NCBI GenBank assembly: GCA_963675295.2
Contig: CAXXKJ010000002.1
Location: 4,475,757 to 4,539,756 of the forward strand
Length of the DNA: 64,000 nt
Direction: 5' to 3'
DNA from: a bacterium
GTDB lineage: Bacteria > Electryoneota > Electryoneia > Electryoneales > Electryoneaceae
Part shown: piece after piece, positions 1 to 10,477 of the stretch
Position numbering within the stretch: the stretch's first letter is position 1
How the letters are laid out: each line of letters opens with the position of its first letter
Position numbers and translations under genes: made by a program
The notes under the pieces: model-generated
Database searches by the model: none
What the model was told of the DNA's origin: nothing
What the model saw: the letters and a program-made list of their open reading frames with translations, nothing else

Positions 1-68
1 GGTGCATCCGCGCTGGCGACTGCGGCTACAAACAGCAGCACAAACAACAGCAGAAATGCTTTTCTCAT
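1..68 (-). CDS. 5' end of a secreted protein gene (runs off the window)
   Basis: ATG at 68 preceded by GGGGAAGGA RBS; translates MRKAFLLLFVLLFVAAVASADAP, a Sec signal peptide. Confidence 0.75.
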   Translation of the reverse strand, partial: MRKAFLLLFVLLFVAAVASADA

Positions 69-730
69 GGTTCCTTCCCCTTGTGGTTATCTCCATCATG
101 TGGAGCACGAACTCAATTTGCAGCAGGTGAGCTGAATTGGAACGTTGCTAAGGCGAACGCACCACCTCCTTTCGCTCGTCCAAGGGTGGACGGAGACCTA
201 GCTGTGAACACGGTTTTGTTGTATACACTCGTGTCCGAGAGGCTGGTGCAGGAACCGTACATGGATAGCAGAATCGTTTGTAACAGCCTTAGTTGGCAGT
301 GCGAGTAAGCCGTCACAAACTCGGACCCATCGTTCAATCTGGCCCGTTCAGAGAGAGCAGTGCGAGGAACGTTGGAATTGTACTCGGCGGGGCGTCACCT
401 ACACAACAGCCGCCGAGGTTTTTTTGGAAAAATCCGCGCTCGCGGGCTCCGCGAGAGCCTGCGAAGTTTACTTATAACAATGATTTATTCGTTGATTATA
501 TCTAATGCTTTTGGGATAATCGGGTTGCCTGGTCACAGTGCGAACGTTGCTTGATTTGCCTGGCCGAGAAGTTCGTTCAGCGTGGTTCCTCCCTGTCAGA
601 AGTCCTGCCTGAACCGCTGTTTCGGGCTGCTGTGCGTGTGGTCAGACACGTGTTGGAAGATGAATCCAGGTTGGCAGTTTTTCGGCCTGACCCGGACCCA
701 TTGTCAGGGGGCTAACTTGTAATATAATCT

Positions 731-1954
731 CTACTTCAGTAGAACCATCTTCCGAGTTGAGGTGAATTTGTCCACATCGAGCCGGGCGAAATACAGTCCG
801 CTCGGCAGGTCCGAGGCGTCGAATGTCAACGCGTGCCTGCCCGCTCCGAACCTCTGGTTGGCGATTGTGACGGCCTCTCGTCCGAGGATGTCATAGACGG
901 TAAGCTTCGCCGTGCCCTCCTCCGGCATGTCGATGGTGATTGTCGTCTCCGGGTTGAACGGGTTCGGGTAGATCGAACTGATGGTGCACTGTGAGGGAAA
1001 TGTCACGGAGAACGGATTCAACTCCGGAACTGCGGTTTCCTCGAGTCCATAGACGACAAACTCTTCTCCCTCGATAGCATACAGGTATGGCCAGTCAAGT
1101 GCCAGCCTCAGTCCGGTGACATCGGAATCCTGCCCCACTGCCTGCGGGTTATGCGGATCGCTGATGTCGGTAGCGCGAACAGCCCCGCCCATGTATTCGT
1201 ACCCTTCGTCGTAGGCTGCATAATGCAGGCTTGTGCTCAACTGGGTGTGCAGCACTTTGATCGCATCACCCCAACTCGTACCTGTCCACCGTTTCAGGAG
1301 ATAAGGCCGGTCACCAGTCCAGTCCAGAGCGAAAAGCTGTGTCTGTGTATGGCCGAACTCATACGGCCCATCGTACCAGGTGTAGATAGCCTCCGTGGTC
1401 AGGAAACGGCCATCCGGGCTGATCGCGAGGTATTTGCCAACGCCGTCGTACACACAAACCAGTTCGGATTCCGGAAGATTTCGAATATCATACGTGTACA
1501 GTTGCCCGTTTGTGGAAAGCCCATACAACAGCTCCCCATTGGTGCCCATCTGGCTGAAGCTGGTGTTCAGGGGGGCTGCCATCAGGAACTGATGCTCTAG
1601 AGGATCACTGAGATCAAAGACTTTCAGCTCGCCGTTGACGAACACAATCATGGTATCGCCGGAGATAGCGGCTGCGCCGTTCGGTCCAGCCAGTTCAGGG
1701 ATGATGCCGGCATACACAGGCTGCTCCGGGATTGACACATTGATCAGGTGGACGCGTCTCTGATAACCATCCTGTATGTACACCGCCGGCCCGTGGACAT
1801 GGAACAAATGGACCATTCCGAAGATATCAGCCGGTATTCGCGCCAGCTCAGTCACATCCCAGTCCTCGAGCTCCGCAAGGCTCACTGAACCATCCGAACG
1901 GCAGCTTAGCAAACCGGACTGATTATTGTGAAAAACGGTCAGTATGGTCTGCAC
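731..1954 (-). CDS. LVIVD-repeat protein with T9SS-type C-terminal sorting domain, probably N-terminally truncated
   Basis: VFDLSDP/ATDISDP repeats; C-terminal IYPNPFNPETTI...KMVLLK; no signal peptide and an in-frame stop at 2021-2023. Confidence 0.7.
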   Translation of the reverse strand: MQTILTVFHNNQSGLLSCRSDGSVSLAELEDWDVTELARIPADIFGMVHLFHVHGPAVYIQDGYQRRVHLINVSIPEQPVYAGIIPELAGPNGAAAISGDTMIVFVNGELKVFDLSDPLEHQFLMAAPLNTSFSQMGTNGELLYGLSTNGQLYTYDIRNLPESELVCVYDGVGKYLAISPDGRFLTTEAIYTWYDGPYEFGHTQTQLFALDWTGDRPYLLKRWTGTSWGDAIKVLHTQLSTSLHYAAYDEGYEYMGGAVRATDISDPHNPQAVGQDSDVTGLRLALDWPYLYAIEGEEFVVYGLEETAVPELNPFSVTFPSQCTISSIYPNPFNPETTITIDMPEEGTAKLTVYDILGREAVTIANQRFGAGRHALTFDASDLPSGLYFARLDVDKFTSTRKMVLLK

Positions 1955-2090
1955 CGAACGCGCCGATTTTGCACGGATTGCACTCAGGGTCCGGCCCTCT
2001 CTCCGTGGCGCGGGTTGGCCTCACCCTTGGCGTTCGGGGGTGGGGGTGCTATACTCCGGGGGCTTTCGGGTATCCTGACTGGAGTGAAGG

Positions 2091-2921
2091 GTGGACACGA
2101 CGGCGACCGAATACTGGGTGCATGATCTCGACCCGTTCCTGATTCATTTCGGTGGGGACATCGGGTTGCGGTACTACGGGCTGGCGTATGTGCTTGCGTT
2201 TCTGATCGCGTTCTGGTTGTTCGGCCGGTTCCGCCGTGCGGGATTGTCGCCGTTAACGAAGAACCAGGAAGCGGACGCGATGCTGTTCCTCGTGCTCGGC
2301 GCGTTGCTCGGTGGACGGCTGGGCTTCATGCTGTTGTACGATCTGCCGCAGTTTCTGCGTGAGCCGTGGACGATTGTCGAGGTCTGGCGTGGCGGGATGG
2401 CGAGTCACGGCGGGTTTGTCGGTGTTGTCCTCGCCGGGATCTGGGTGGCGAAGCGGTACAAGATCACCTTCTGGCGGCTGGCGGACATGATGGCGGTGAT
2501 GACGCCGCCGGGGTTGATGCTTGGCCGGATCGCGAACTTCATTAATGGCGAGTTGTGGGGCCGGATCTCGTACGTCTCGTGGGCGGTGATCTTCCCGGAT
2601 TCCGCCGCGCCGGGGACACCGGTGAGCCAGATTCCGCCACGACACCCGTCCCAGTTGTACGAAGCGGCGCTGGAAGGGTTATTGTGCCTGGTGTACACGC
2701 AGCTGCGGGCGTGGAAGTCGAACGTGATCCGGGAACATCCGGGCCAGCTCGGTGGTGAGTTCCTGGTGTTGTACGGAATCGTCCGGATCGTGGGGGAACA
2801 ATTCCGGGAGCCGGATGCCTCTCTGATCCTCGATCTTAGCCGCGGTTCGTTTTATTCTATCTTTTTAGCCCTCGCGGGGGTATTGATGATTTGGAATGCA
2901 AGGAGGAAACATGCGGACTGA
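2091..2921 (+). CDS. lgt: prolipoprotein diacylglyceryl transferase
   Basis: Motifs RYYGLAY, GGRLG, GGMASHGG, GRIANFINGELWGR, RHPSQLYE, EQFREPD. Confidence 0.95.
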   Translation: MDTTATEYWVHDLDPFLIHFGGDIGLRYYGLAYVLAFLIAFWLFGRFRRAGLSPLTKNQEADAMLFLVLGALLGGRLGFMLLYDLPQFLREPWTIVEVWRGGMASHGGFVGVVLAGIWVAKRYKITFWRLADMMAVMTPPGLMLGRIANFINGELWGRISYVSWAVIFPDSAAPGTPVSQIPPRHPSQLYEAALEGLLCLVYTQLRAWKSNVIREHPGQLGGEFLVLYGIVRIVGEQFREPDASLILDLSRGSFYSIFLALAGVLMIWNARRKHAD

Positions 2922-3966
2922 GCGGTGGATCCTGATACTGCTCGTGCTCGTGTTGCTGCTTCCGTTGGGATGCCGGCGGAAGAAGAAGACGGAACAAATC
3001 AGTCTTGGCCGGACGTTGCGCGTCGTCGCGACCACGACCATCGTCGGCAATGTTGTGCAGGAGGTTGGCAAGGACAAGATCGACTTGACGATTCTGATTC
3101 CGGGCGAAGCCGATCCGCATGATTATGAGCTGACCCCCAGCGACCTGCGTGCGATCAGCGACGCGGACATCATTTTTATCAACGGACTCGGGCTCGAACC
3201 GTTCATTGATGATATGGTTGAGCAGTCGGGGACGTCTGCGGACGTGGTTTCGGTTTCGAACGGTATCCGTCCGCGTCATTTCCAGGAGATGTCCAACTAT
3301 CACCGGCTGGCGCAGGATGAGATTCGCGGCCAGTTCTATTCGGACACCTCCGGGCACCAGATTGAACCGGACCCGGTGTTGCCGACGGTTGGTGATCCGC
3401 ATGTGTGGACCAATCCGCACAACGTGATGGTGTGGACGGCGAACATCCAGGAAGCGATGGGCAAACACGACCCGGATAACGCCGGGGCGTACGGCACAAA
3501 CGCCCAATGGTTCAAAACGAAGTTGCTTGACCTCGATGGCCGTATCCTGCGGAAGGTTGAAGAAATTCCGCCGCTTTCACGTCACCTGATCACCGACCAC
3601 CTGTTCCTCGGCTATTTCGCCGACCGGTACGGGTTTACGCAGGTCGGCACGATCATGCCGAACGCGAACATGGCGTCCTCGCCGTCCGTGAAGCAAATGG
3701 CGCGTCTTGAGGAATTGATCCGGCGGATGAAGGTGCCGACGATCTTTACCGGTTCTCCAATTGATGAATCGGTGGCGCAGCAGATCGCGAATGATTTGCG
3801 GATCGAGGTGCGGCGGCTGTATTCGGGCGGGCTGGCCTCGGAAGGGTCGCGCGCGACGACGTACATCGACTACATGGATTACAATCTCGAGCAGATGATT
3901 GAGGGGCTGAAGCCACGCCGTGTGCGCACATCCGATCCCACTCGACCCGGAGCGATCCAGCGGTGA
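2911..3966 (+). CDS. Zn/Mn ABC transporter substrate-binding lipoprotein (TroA/ZnuA family)
   Basis: Lipobox LPLGC; VVATTT, DPHDYE, NGLGLE, DPHVW motifs; start adjusted to MRTERW. Confidence 0.9.
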   Translation: MRTERWILILLVLVLLLPLGCRRKKKTEQISLGRTLRVVATTTIVGNVVQEVGKDKIDLTILIPGEADPHDYELTPSDLRAISDADIIFINGLGLEPFIDDMVEQSGTSADVVSVSNGIRPRHFQEMSNYHRLAQDEIRGQFYSDTSGHQIEPDPVLPTVGDPHVWTNPHNVMVWTANIQEAMGKHDPDNAGAYGTNAQWFKTKLLDLDGRILRKVEEIPPLSRHLITDHLFLGYFADRYGFTQVGTIMPNANMASSPSVKQMARLEELIRRMKVPTIFTGSPIDESVAQQIANDLRIEVRRLYSGGLASEGSRATTYIDYMDYNLEQMIEGLKPRRVRTSDPTRPGAIQR

Positions 3967-4724
3967 GTGAGCGGTTGTTGATCGAAGCGGCGGGATTGAA
4001 GGTGTCGTACCGGGACGCTGTCGCGCTGGAAGATATCAGTTTCGCAGTGTATGAGGGCGAGCGGATCGCGGTTGTCGGTCCCAACGGCGCTGGAAAAAGC
4101 ACCCTGTTCAACACGTTAACCGGCCTGAAAGCATTGCAGGCCGGTTCGCTTTCGTTGCATCCCGTGAACGGTACCCCGCTGCGCATCGCCTTCCTGCCGC
4201 AGAAACCATCCCTCGACTGGGGGTTTCCGCTGACAGTGCTGGACGCCGTCACCCTCGGCCTCGAACTGAAGCTGCCGAAACGGGAGGCGAAACAGGCCGC
4301 GCTTGACGCGCTCGAATTAGTGCATCTCGGCAACCTGCGCAAACGCCGGATCAACGAGCTCTCCGGCGGCCAGCAGCAACGAGTGCTGATTGCGCGCGCG
4401 CTCGCGATCAGGGCGGACGTGTTGCTGATGGACGAGCCGCTAGTCGGACTGGACCAGCCGTCACGGGAGGATGTGTTCGCGGTGCTCGACACGTTGAGCC
4501 AGCGGCGGATTCCGGTGCTGGTTGCGTTGCACGACCTCAACCTCGCCACCGAGCGGTTCCCGCGTGCGTTGCTGCTGAACCGTCGGCTTGTCGCGGATGG
4601 CAGCCCGGCGGACATTTTCAGCACGGAGAATCTGACGCGAACCTACGGTAGCCACCTGCATGTCGTGACCACCGACCAGGGTTCGGTGCTGGTTTCAGAC
4701 ACCTGCTGCGGCGGACGGCATTGA
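3963..4724 (+). CDS. metal ABC transporter ATP-binding protein
   Basis: Walker A GPNGAGKST, LSGGQQQR signature, LLMDEP, HDL; CCGGRH tail. Confidence 0.92.
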   Translation: MSERLLIEAAGLKVSYRDAVALEDISFAVYEGERIAVVGPNGAGKSTLFNTLTGLKALQAGSLSLHPVNGTPLRIAFLPQKPSLDWGFPLTVLDAVTLGLELKLPKREAKQAALDALELVHLGNLRKRRINELSGGQQQRVLIARALAIRADVLLMDEPLVGLDQPSREDVFAVLDTLSQRRIPVLVALHDLNLATERFPRALLLNRRLVADGSPADIFSTENLTRTYGSHLHVVTTDQGSVLVSDTCCGGRH

Positions 4725-5545
4725 TGGACTTCCTGCTTGATCCACTCGCTTATCCCTTCATGCTGCGCGCGTTGGCTGTGGTGACGATTGTCGGCGTGTT
4801 GAACGCAATCGTCGGCACTTTCGTCGTGCTGCGCGGGATGTCATTCTACGGCGACGCGCTTGCGCACGCGATCCTGCCGGGTGTCGCGGTCGGTTACCTG
4901 CTCGGCTTCGCGGAAAAGGACAGCCTGTTCTGGTGGGCGCTGCTCGCAGCGGCGATCAGCACGATGCTGATCGGGTGGATCCGTCACGACGTAAGACTGA
5001 AGGAAGACGTCGCCATCGGAATCACCTTCTCCGGCATGCTCGCGCTCGGTGTGGTGCTGATTTCGACCACCGAAAGCTATTCCACCGACCTGACCCATTT
5101 TCTCTTCGGCAACATCCTCGCGGTGGGCAACGACAGCCTGGTGCGGATGCTGGTCGCGGCAGTGATTGTGCTGCTGCTGCTGACGGTGTTCTACAAACGG
5201 CTGCTGCTGGTCTCGTTCGATCCGGAGCACGCACGGGTGCTGCATGTGCCGGTGAGACGCTATGACACGCTACTGCTAGGGCTGATCGCGGTAACGATTG
5301 TCGCCTCACTACAGGCGGTCGGGATCGCGTTGATGACAGCGCTGCTGGTCACACCGGCGGCGACGGGTTATATCATCGCGAACCGGATCCGTGGGATGAT
5401 GATCTACGGCGCCGTCGCGGCGGTGCTCAGTGGTGTGTTCGGGCTGTACCTCAGTTACTACATCGATCTCGCGCCTGGCCCGGCGGTGGTGCTGGTGATG
5501 ACGGCGCTGTTCGCGGTGGTGTGGGGCGTGAAGCGGTTTGTGTAG
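4724..5545 (+). CDS. metal ABC transporter permease (ABC-3 family)
   Basis: GDALAHAILPGVA, FLFGNIL, SFDPEHA motifs; hydrophobic; coupled to the ATPase gene. Confidence 0.92.
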   Translation: MDFLLDPLAYPFMLRALAVVTIVGVLNAIVGTFVVLRGMSFYGDALAHAILPGVAVGYLLGFAEKDSLFWWALLAAAISTMLIGWIRHDVRLKEDVAIGITFSGMLALGVVLISTTESYSTDLTHFLFGNILAVGNDSLVRMLVAAVIVLLLLTVFYKRLLLVSFDPEHARVLHVPVRRYDTLLLGLIAVTIVASLQAVGIALMTALLVTPAATGYIIANRIRGMMIYGAVAAVLSGVFGLYLSYYIDLAPGPAVVLVMTALFAVVWGVKRFV

Positions 5546-5580
5546 GCTGTGGGCTGTGGGCTGTGGGCTGTGGGCTGTGG
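5545..5580 (+). repeat. heptamer tandem repeat (GGCTGTG)x5
   Basis: Directly visible, starting at the permease stop codon. Confidence 0.9.
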
Positions 5581-5698
5581 AGAATATGTGCCCCTGCGGG
5601 CTTGTCCAGCAGGGGTGATCCGGCATAAGCATATCCCTGCTAGCGGAGCCATCAGGGGCACATGGCAGCATCTGCGCTTGTTACAAGCAGGGTCCTGA

Positions 5699-5738
5699 CA
5701 CACCGGGGACACTTTGGGGACAAAGTGTCCCCGGTGTG
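5699..5738. repeat. REP-like palindrome, GGGGACACTTT/AAAGTGTCCCC family
   Basis: CACACCGGGGACACTTT-ggggac-AAAGTGTCCCCGGTGTG with 17-bp arms; same core at 11825, 48688 and 52692. Confidence 0.85.
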
Positions 5739-5755
5739 CGATTCCACCTGAAGTC

Positions 5756-6274
5756 TTATCCCCTCCCCAACAACCGATCCATGTACTCGACGTACCCCTC
5801 CTCCCCTTCGTCCGGTGCCCAGGTCGCGAAATCCTTGTCGGTCGCCGGTGACCATGGGCCGGGCTTGACCTCGAAGACGACGGTATCCGGTTCAGTGGCG
5901 ATGAAGGTGTGGAAGACACCCGCCTTGACGTCGATCCCGAACGACGCGGTCCCCGCCCGTACGTGCTGGACGGCGTTGACGGTTCCGTCCTCGTGAAACG
6001 TGTAGAAGGTCAACGCACCACGCAGCAGCACGAGGGCCTCATCCTTCGGCGGGTCGAGGTGGCGGTGCGGACGGATGTAGCTGCCGGGCTGGACGGCGTT
6101 CAACATGCGGTGCAGTGTGTTCTCCGGACCGTCATGGAACGGCAGGATGATCCGTTTGCGTGGGCTTTCCCGGGACGCAAAGATCGCGGCGTCAATGAGA
6201 TTATCGGTCAGCGTGACCAGCTCGCCGGTCGGCGACTTGAGCGCACGTGGATAGGATTGTTGATCAATGGACAT
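5756..6274 (-). CDS. WbuC-family cupin-fold metalloprotein
   Basis: SPRKR, RMLNAVQPGSYIRPHRH, FHT, FEVKPGP motifs; start adjusted to MSIDQQ. Confidence 0.85.
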   Translation of the reverse strand: MSIDQQSYPRALKSPTGELVTLTDNLIDAAIFASRESPRKRIILPFHDGPENTLHRMLNAVQPGSYIRPHRHLDPPKDEALVLLRGALTFYTFHEDGTVNAVQHVRAGTASFGIDVKAGVFHTFIATEPDTVVFEVKPGPWSPATDKDFATWAPDEGEEGYVEYMDRLLGRG

Positions 6275-6395
6275 GATTCCCTCTGGCGGCTTGATCAGGC
6301 TCCACGAAGATACGGTACTATGTTGGAAATAACACGCCGAGTCTGTACCGAAATGGCGTACCTTTCCCTCAGCGGAATTCTGGCAGGGGAGACTC

Positions 6396-8912
6396 ATGAT
6401 TCAGATGACAGGGGTACGATCCGGGGTGATTGTGGTTGCGGTAGCAGTGTTCTGCATGATGGTGCTGGGGGCTGATTCGATCACGAGCCAGCCAACTATC
6501 GCGGTGACCAGCGACGGCGATTACGACATCGTCGAGGTCGGCGGGCCGTATGTGGGCGCGGAATTCCACCGTCGCAAGCCCGCACCAACCCGTATCAGCT
6601 TTTACACGCCAGTCGCAAACAGCCTCGACCCGAGCCAGGACTACTGGACCCGGGACACCACCCGCACCCTCGACCTGCTGTTGCAATTCCGTGACAACGT
6701 CAGCGGCGAAGCGGTCGGCGGGATGGGTGTGCTCAACGACGTGCCGTGGGACTGCGAGTGGACACCGTACAGGGCGACATTCAGCCAGTTCACCGCGCTC
6801 AACCAGTCGATCACCTACGAGTTCGGGCAGACGTTGCCGCTGATGGCGGTGACGTTCTCGCTTGAGAACCCGGACGCCGAGCGGGTCGCGTTGACCCTGG
6901 GTGCTCGGCTGAACACGATGCTGCGAACCTGCCACAGCTACACCCCGCGTCAACCGACCCGTGTGACTGAAGCGCTCAACGGAAAAGCGTTCGTCCTCGA
7001 ATACGCGTACGACGACACCGACTCCGCCGCGGTGCTGTTGCTGACCGATGCTCTCAGGGTCAACAATTCCCGTGTATGGACCTCTGACAGCGCACGTGTT
7101 GGATTCACCGTGCCACTGACATTGCCACCCCTGGCCAAACGGGAGTGCACCCTGGTAATCGCGTCGTGCCGGATCAACGAAGTCAAGGAGACGCTGGTGC
7201 GGATCCGCGACGGCTGGTGGGACGATGTTCACGCGCACGAACAGAGCGTGATGGCGTACGCCGACCGCTCGACCGTGTACGAAGCGGACAGCACGTTGAT
7301 CCACACTGAACGATGGGCGAAGGCGGTGATGCAGGTGGACCGTCACTGGCTGAACGGATCGCTGGTGCCGATGCCGTGCCCGGCGCAGTACAACTTCTTC
7401 TTCACGCATGACATGCTGCTTACTGATTTGGGAACGGTCTACTTCGACACGGAGACGGTGCGCGAAGACCTGCGCTTTCTGCACACGCTGACCCGTGCCG
7501 ACTCGACCCTCGCGCATGCGTATTACTGGAAAGACGGCGAGTATGTCACCGAATTCTGCGGCGACAACTCGTGGAATCACCTGTGGTTCATCCAACTTGC
7601 CGCGGCGTATTTGCGGCACAGCGGGGATGCGGAAACGGTGACTGAGCTGCTGCCGGACCTGCAACACAGCCTGACGGCGGCGTTGTCGCAACGCGGGCCG
7701 GACGGCCTCGTGCACGGCAACTACCCGGACTGGTGGGACATCGGGAATGTACCCGGCGCGCGGGCGTATTTGACGGCATTGACCGCCCGGGCGCTGCAGG
7801 ACGCGGCGTACATCTCGGTGAAGCTGGACAATGCCGGGCTGGTTCCGGACGATTGGCAAGTTGTTCACGACGAGTTGCTTGCCAACATGAACGAGCGGCT
7901 GTGGTCGGACGAGCACGGCTTCCTGTTGAACACCATCGGCGACACGTTGGATACGCACCTCTACGCCGGATCGCTGGTCGCGGCGTGGTTCGACCAGCTG
8001 CCGCCGGACCGTGCGGAGACGATGGTCGCGACGGCGTCCCGTGAGCTGGTCGATCCGGAGATCGGGCTGCGGATCGTGATGCCGGCGGACTTCCACCTGC
8101 TGGAGGACGCGTACAACTTTCACGGTCCGGAGGCGGGCGCGGCGTACACCTACATCAACGGCGGCGTCTGGCCGCATGGGAACGCGTGGTATGCATTCGC
8201 GCAACTGCACACCGGCGATGCGGACGGCGCGTTGGCGTCATTGAAGAAGTTTCTCACGCTGGACGGTGTCCGCAACAGCCCGAACGGGCAGGCATCGTTC
8301 TACGAATACCGTTTCTCCGATCGCGATTCGCCGAAGTATGGCAGCTTCGACAAGCCAACGTTCCTCTGGATGGGCGGCTGGTACATGAACGTGCTGTATT
8401 CGCTGGCGGGTGTGCGGGAAGACCCGTGGGGCGTGCAGATCACGCCGGAGCGGCCGTCGCAGTGGGAGACGCACACGTTCCCATTGACGGTGAACGGGCA
8501 GACGGTGGATGTTACGGTCCACGGCGGCGCATCGACCGACGCTCCGATGGCGTTCCGGCGGATTCTCCGGGATGGTCAACCATGCGGATCGGCGGTGTTG
8601 TACGGGTCACAGTCCACTCTGGAATTCGAACGGGGTGTGCCGGAGATACCATACCTTGTGTCGGCGTCGATACTGGTGGAGGACGTGAGGTGGGACGAGT
8701 CACGGCGGCAGTTGACTGTTCAGCTGCGTGGCACACCCGGCCAGATGTGGAGCTGCACGTTGGCGTCCGCAACCCGCCGTGACCAGGTGACGGTTGTCGG
8801 CGATACAGGGCCGACGTCGCGCGAAGAGTTCGTCCAGGAAGACGGCGTAATCTGGACGACGCTGAGTGGTGAACGGACGTCGGGGACCGTGACGCTGACG
8901 ATTCAGTATTGA
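6396..8912 (+). CDS. secreted six-hairpin glycoside hydrolase-like protein
   Basis: Signal peptide; PDWWD, YINGGVWP, FYEY motifs typical of (alpha/alpha)6 glycosidases. Confidence 0.65.
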   Translation: MIQMTGVRSGVIVVAVAVFCMMVLGADSITSQPTIAVTSDGDYDIVEVGGPYVGAEFHRRKPAPTRISFYTPVANSLDPSQDYWTRDTTRTLDLLLQFRDNVSGEAVGGMGVLNDVPWDCEWTPYRATFSQFTALNQSITYEFGQTLPLMAVTFSLENPDAERVALTLGARLNTMLRTCHSYTPRQPTRVTEALNGKAFVLEYAYDDTDSAAVLLLTDALRVNNSRVWTSDSARVGFTVPLTLPPLAKRECTLVIASCRINEVKETLVRIRDGWWDDVHAHEQSVMAYADRSTVYEADSTLIHTERWAKAVMQVDRHWLNGSLVPMPCPAQYNFFFTHDMLLTDLGTVYFDTETVREDLRFLHTLTRADSTLAHAYYWKDGEYVTEFCGDNSWNHLWFIQLAAAYLRHSGDAETVTELLPDLQHSLTAALSQRGPDGLVHGNYPDWWDIGNVPGARAYLTALTARALQDAAYISVKLDNAGLVPDDWQVVHDELLANMNERLWSDEHGFLLNTIGDTLDTHLYAGSLVAAWFDQLPPDRAETMVATASRELVDPEIGLRIVMPADFHLLEDAYNFHGPEAGAAYTYINGGVWPHGNAWYAFAQLHTGDADGALASLKKFLTLDGVRNSPNGQASFYEYRFSDRDSPKYGSFDKPTFLWMGGWYMNVLYSLAGVREDPWGVQITPERPSQWETHTFPLTVNGQTVDVTVHGGASTDAPMAFRRILRDGQPCGSAVLYGSQSTLEFERGVPEIPYLVSASILVEDVRWDESRRQLTVQLRGTPGQMWSCTLASATRRDQVTVVGDTGPTSREEFVQEDGVIWTTLSGERTSGTVTLTIQY

Positions 8913-8933
8913 TCGCTTGTCCGAGGTGCAGAG

Positions 8934-8965
8934 AAAACCCCGCCATGCGAAGAATGGCGGGGTTT
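8934..8965. terminator. bidirectional rho-independent terminator
   Basis: AAAACCCCGCCAT-gcgaaga-ATGGCGGGGTTT between convergent genes. Confidence 0.75.
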
Positions 8966-8970
8966 GTTGT

Positions 8971-10266
8971 TCATGTCTTCTGTTCCTTCTTCTTCGCGGC
9001 GGGGAACAGGATGTTGTTCAGAATCAGCCGGTAGCCGGGGCTGTTGGGGTACAGCCGCAGGTCGGTGGGCGGGTCCTGGATGCGGTGGCGGTAGTCTTCC
9101 GGATCGTGGCCGCCGTAGAAGGTCCACGTGCCGTCGCCGCTGTTCCCGTGGATGTATTTCGCGATGCCCGCGCCCTCGATGCGTCCCATGATGATCACGT
9201 CCGGCTTGATGTACTGCTCGTAGAACGCCGTGGTCTGGCCCATGAAGCCCTTGACCACGCTGGTGTGGCACTGGGTGAGCATGGTCGGGACCGGATCGTG
9301 CTTCGCGCTGAACTCGAACAGGGTGAAGTAATCGCCAGCGTCCCCGCGTGAGCTGGTGCCGGTGGACGGGGTGGCGTCTATGGTGGAGAACTCGTACTCC
9401 GCCGGATCGAACGACAGCCGGAAATTCTGGAACGCGAAGGTGCTGTTGAAGTGGAGTTTGTCCTGCGCGTTCGCGTCCGGCGGGTCGCCGTCGAACTGCG
9501 CCGGCACGATGTCGATACCCATAGCGGCCTGGGCGATGTCGTAGCTGTCAGTGGCGGAACACATTGCGAACAGGAACCCGCCCTTATCCACGTATTCCCG
9601 GACACTCGCGACCACCGCCGCCTTCATTTCGGAGACCTTGCCGAAGCCGAGCCGTGCCGCGCGATCTTCCTGCGCCAGTTGCCGGGCGATGTACCAGTCG
9701 GCACCCCGGTAGACTCCCCAGAATTTGCCATACTGGCCGGTGAAATCCTCGTGGTGCAGGTGCAGCCAGTCATACTCACTCAACTGACCGGCGAGAACTT
9801 CGGTATCGTAGACCTTGTCGAATGGTATCTCGGTGTATTCGAGCACCATCGAGACGGCGTCGTCCCACGGCTCCACATCCGGTGGCTGATAGACCGCGAT
9901 GTCCGGCGCTTTTTCGAGCCGCACCGCCTCCATGTTCGAATCGTCGATTTCGGCGTAGATGGACGCGACCTGGCTGTCGCTGACGCGTTCCGAACGTACC
10001 CCCTTGAGACGGCAGAGACGCTCAATGTCCGGGTGAAAGTCGATCAGGAACGATCCGCCGCGAAAGTTGAGCAGCCACTCGGCGACCGCGCCGGCCTTGA
10101 TCGCGTTGTAGGTGACGCCGTACGCGCGCAGGTGGTTGGTCTGGGTCAGGTCCATCGGCAGCAGCAGCTTGTCCGCCCGGGCGGTCACAGCGGTGGCGAG
10201 CATCGCCAGCAGCAGGGCCGGGATCAGGAACAGGCGCTTCAGGGTGTGGGTCGAAAACGGGATCAT
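8971..10266 (-). CDS. conserved secreted protein with class I glutamine amidotransferase-like fold (family often labelled asparagine synthetase B)
   Basis: Signal peptide; DWLHLHHEDFTGQYGKF, GGFLFAMCSA, GGHDPEDY motifs; start adjusted to MIPFS. Confidence 0.7.
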   Translation of the reverse strand: MIPFSTHTLKRLFLIPALLLAMLATAVTARADKLLLPMDLTQTNHLRAYGVTYNAIKAGAVAEWLLNFRGGSFLIDFHPDIERLCRLKGVRSERVSDSQVASIYAEIDDSNMEAVRLEKAPDIAVYQPPDVEPWDDAVSMVLEYTEIPFDKVYDTEVLAGQLSEYDWLHLHHEDFTGQYGKFWGVYRGADWYIARQLAQEDRAARLGFGKVSEMKAAVVASVREYVDKGGFLFAMCSATDSYDIAQAAMGIDIVPAQFDGDPPDANAQDKLHFNSTFAFQNFRLSFDPAEYEFSTIDATPSTGTSSRGDAGDYFTLFEFSAKHDPVPTMLTQCHTSVVKGFMGQTTAFYEQYIKPDVIIMGRIEGAGIAKYIHGNSGDGTWTFYGGHDPEDYRHRIQDPPTDLRLYPNSPGYRLILNNILFPAAKKKEQKT

Positions 10267-10477
10267 CGCGTCATGCCATATCGCTAATCGTTTGCAAGCA
10301 GACAATGTGCAGGTTGCACCGTGTGGAAGGAAGTGCGGTTCCGAGTACTCCTTGAGGAACGGAGTGAGCCCATGTCCGGGATTTTTGGGGAATGGCATTG
10401 CAGATTTCGCATATTGCGGACTGTGGGCAGGGTTGCAGAAACGGTTCCCGTTTGGGACAAACGAGACGAGGCTGGCG

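Noticed and set aside
70-730. Short ORFs in the first intergenic region
   Set aside because: No RBS, motifs or consistent codon bias; probably promoter or leader DNA.
6369-8210. Long antisense ORFs (613 aa here; also 19999-21426, 21499-22986, 28418-29812, 47573-48775)
   Set aside because: They mirror well-supported genes on the opposite strand, an expected by-product of high-GC codon bias, and have no recognisable motifs.
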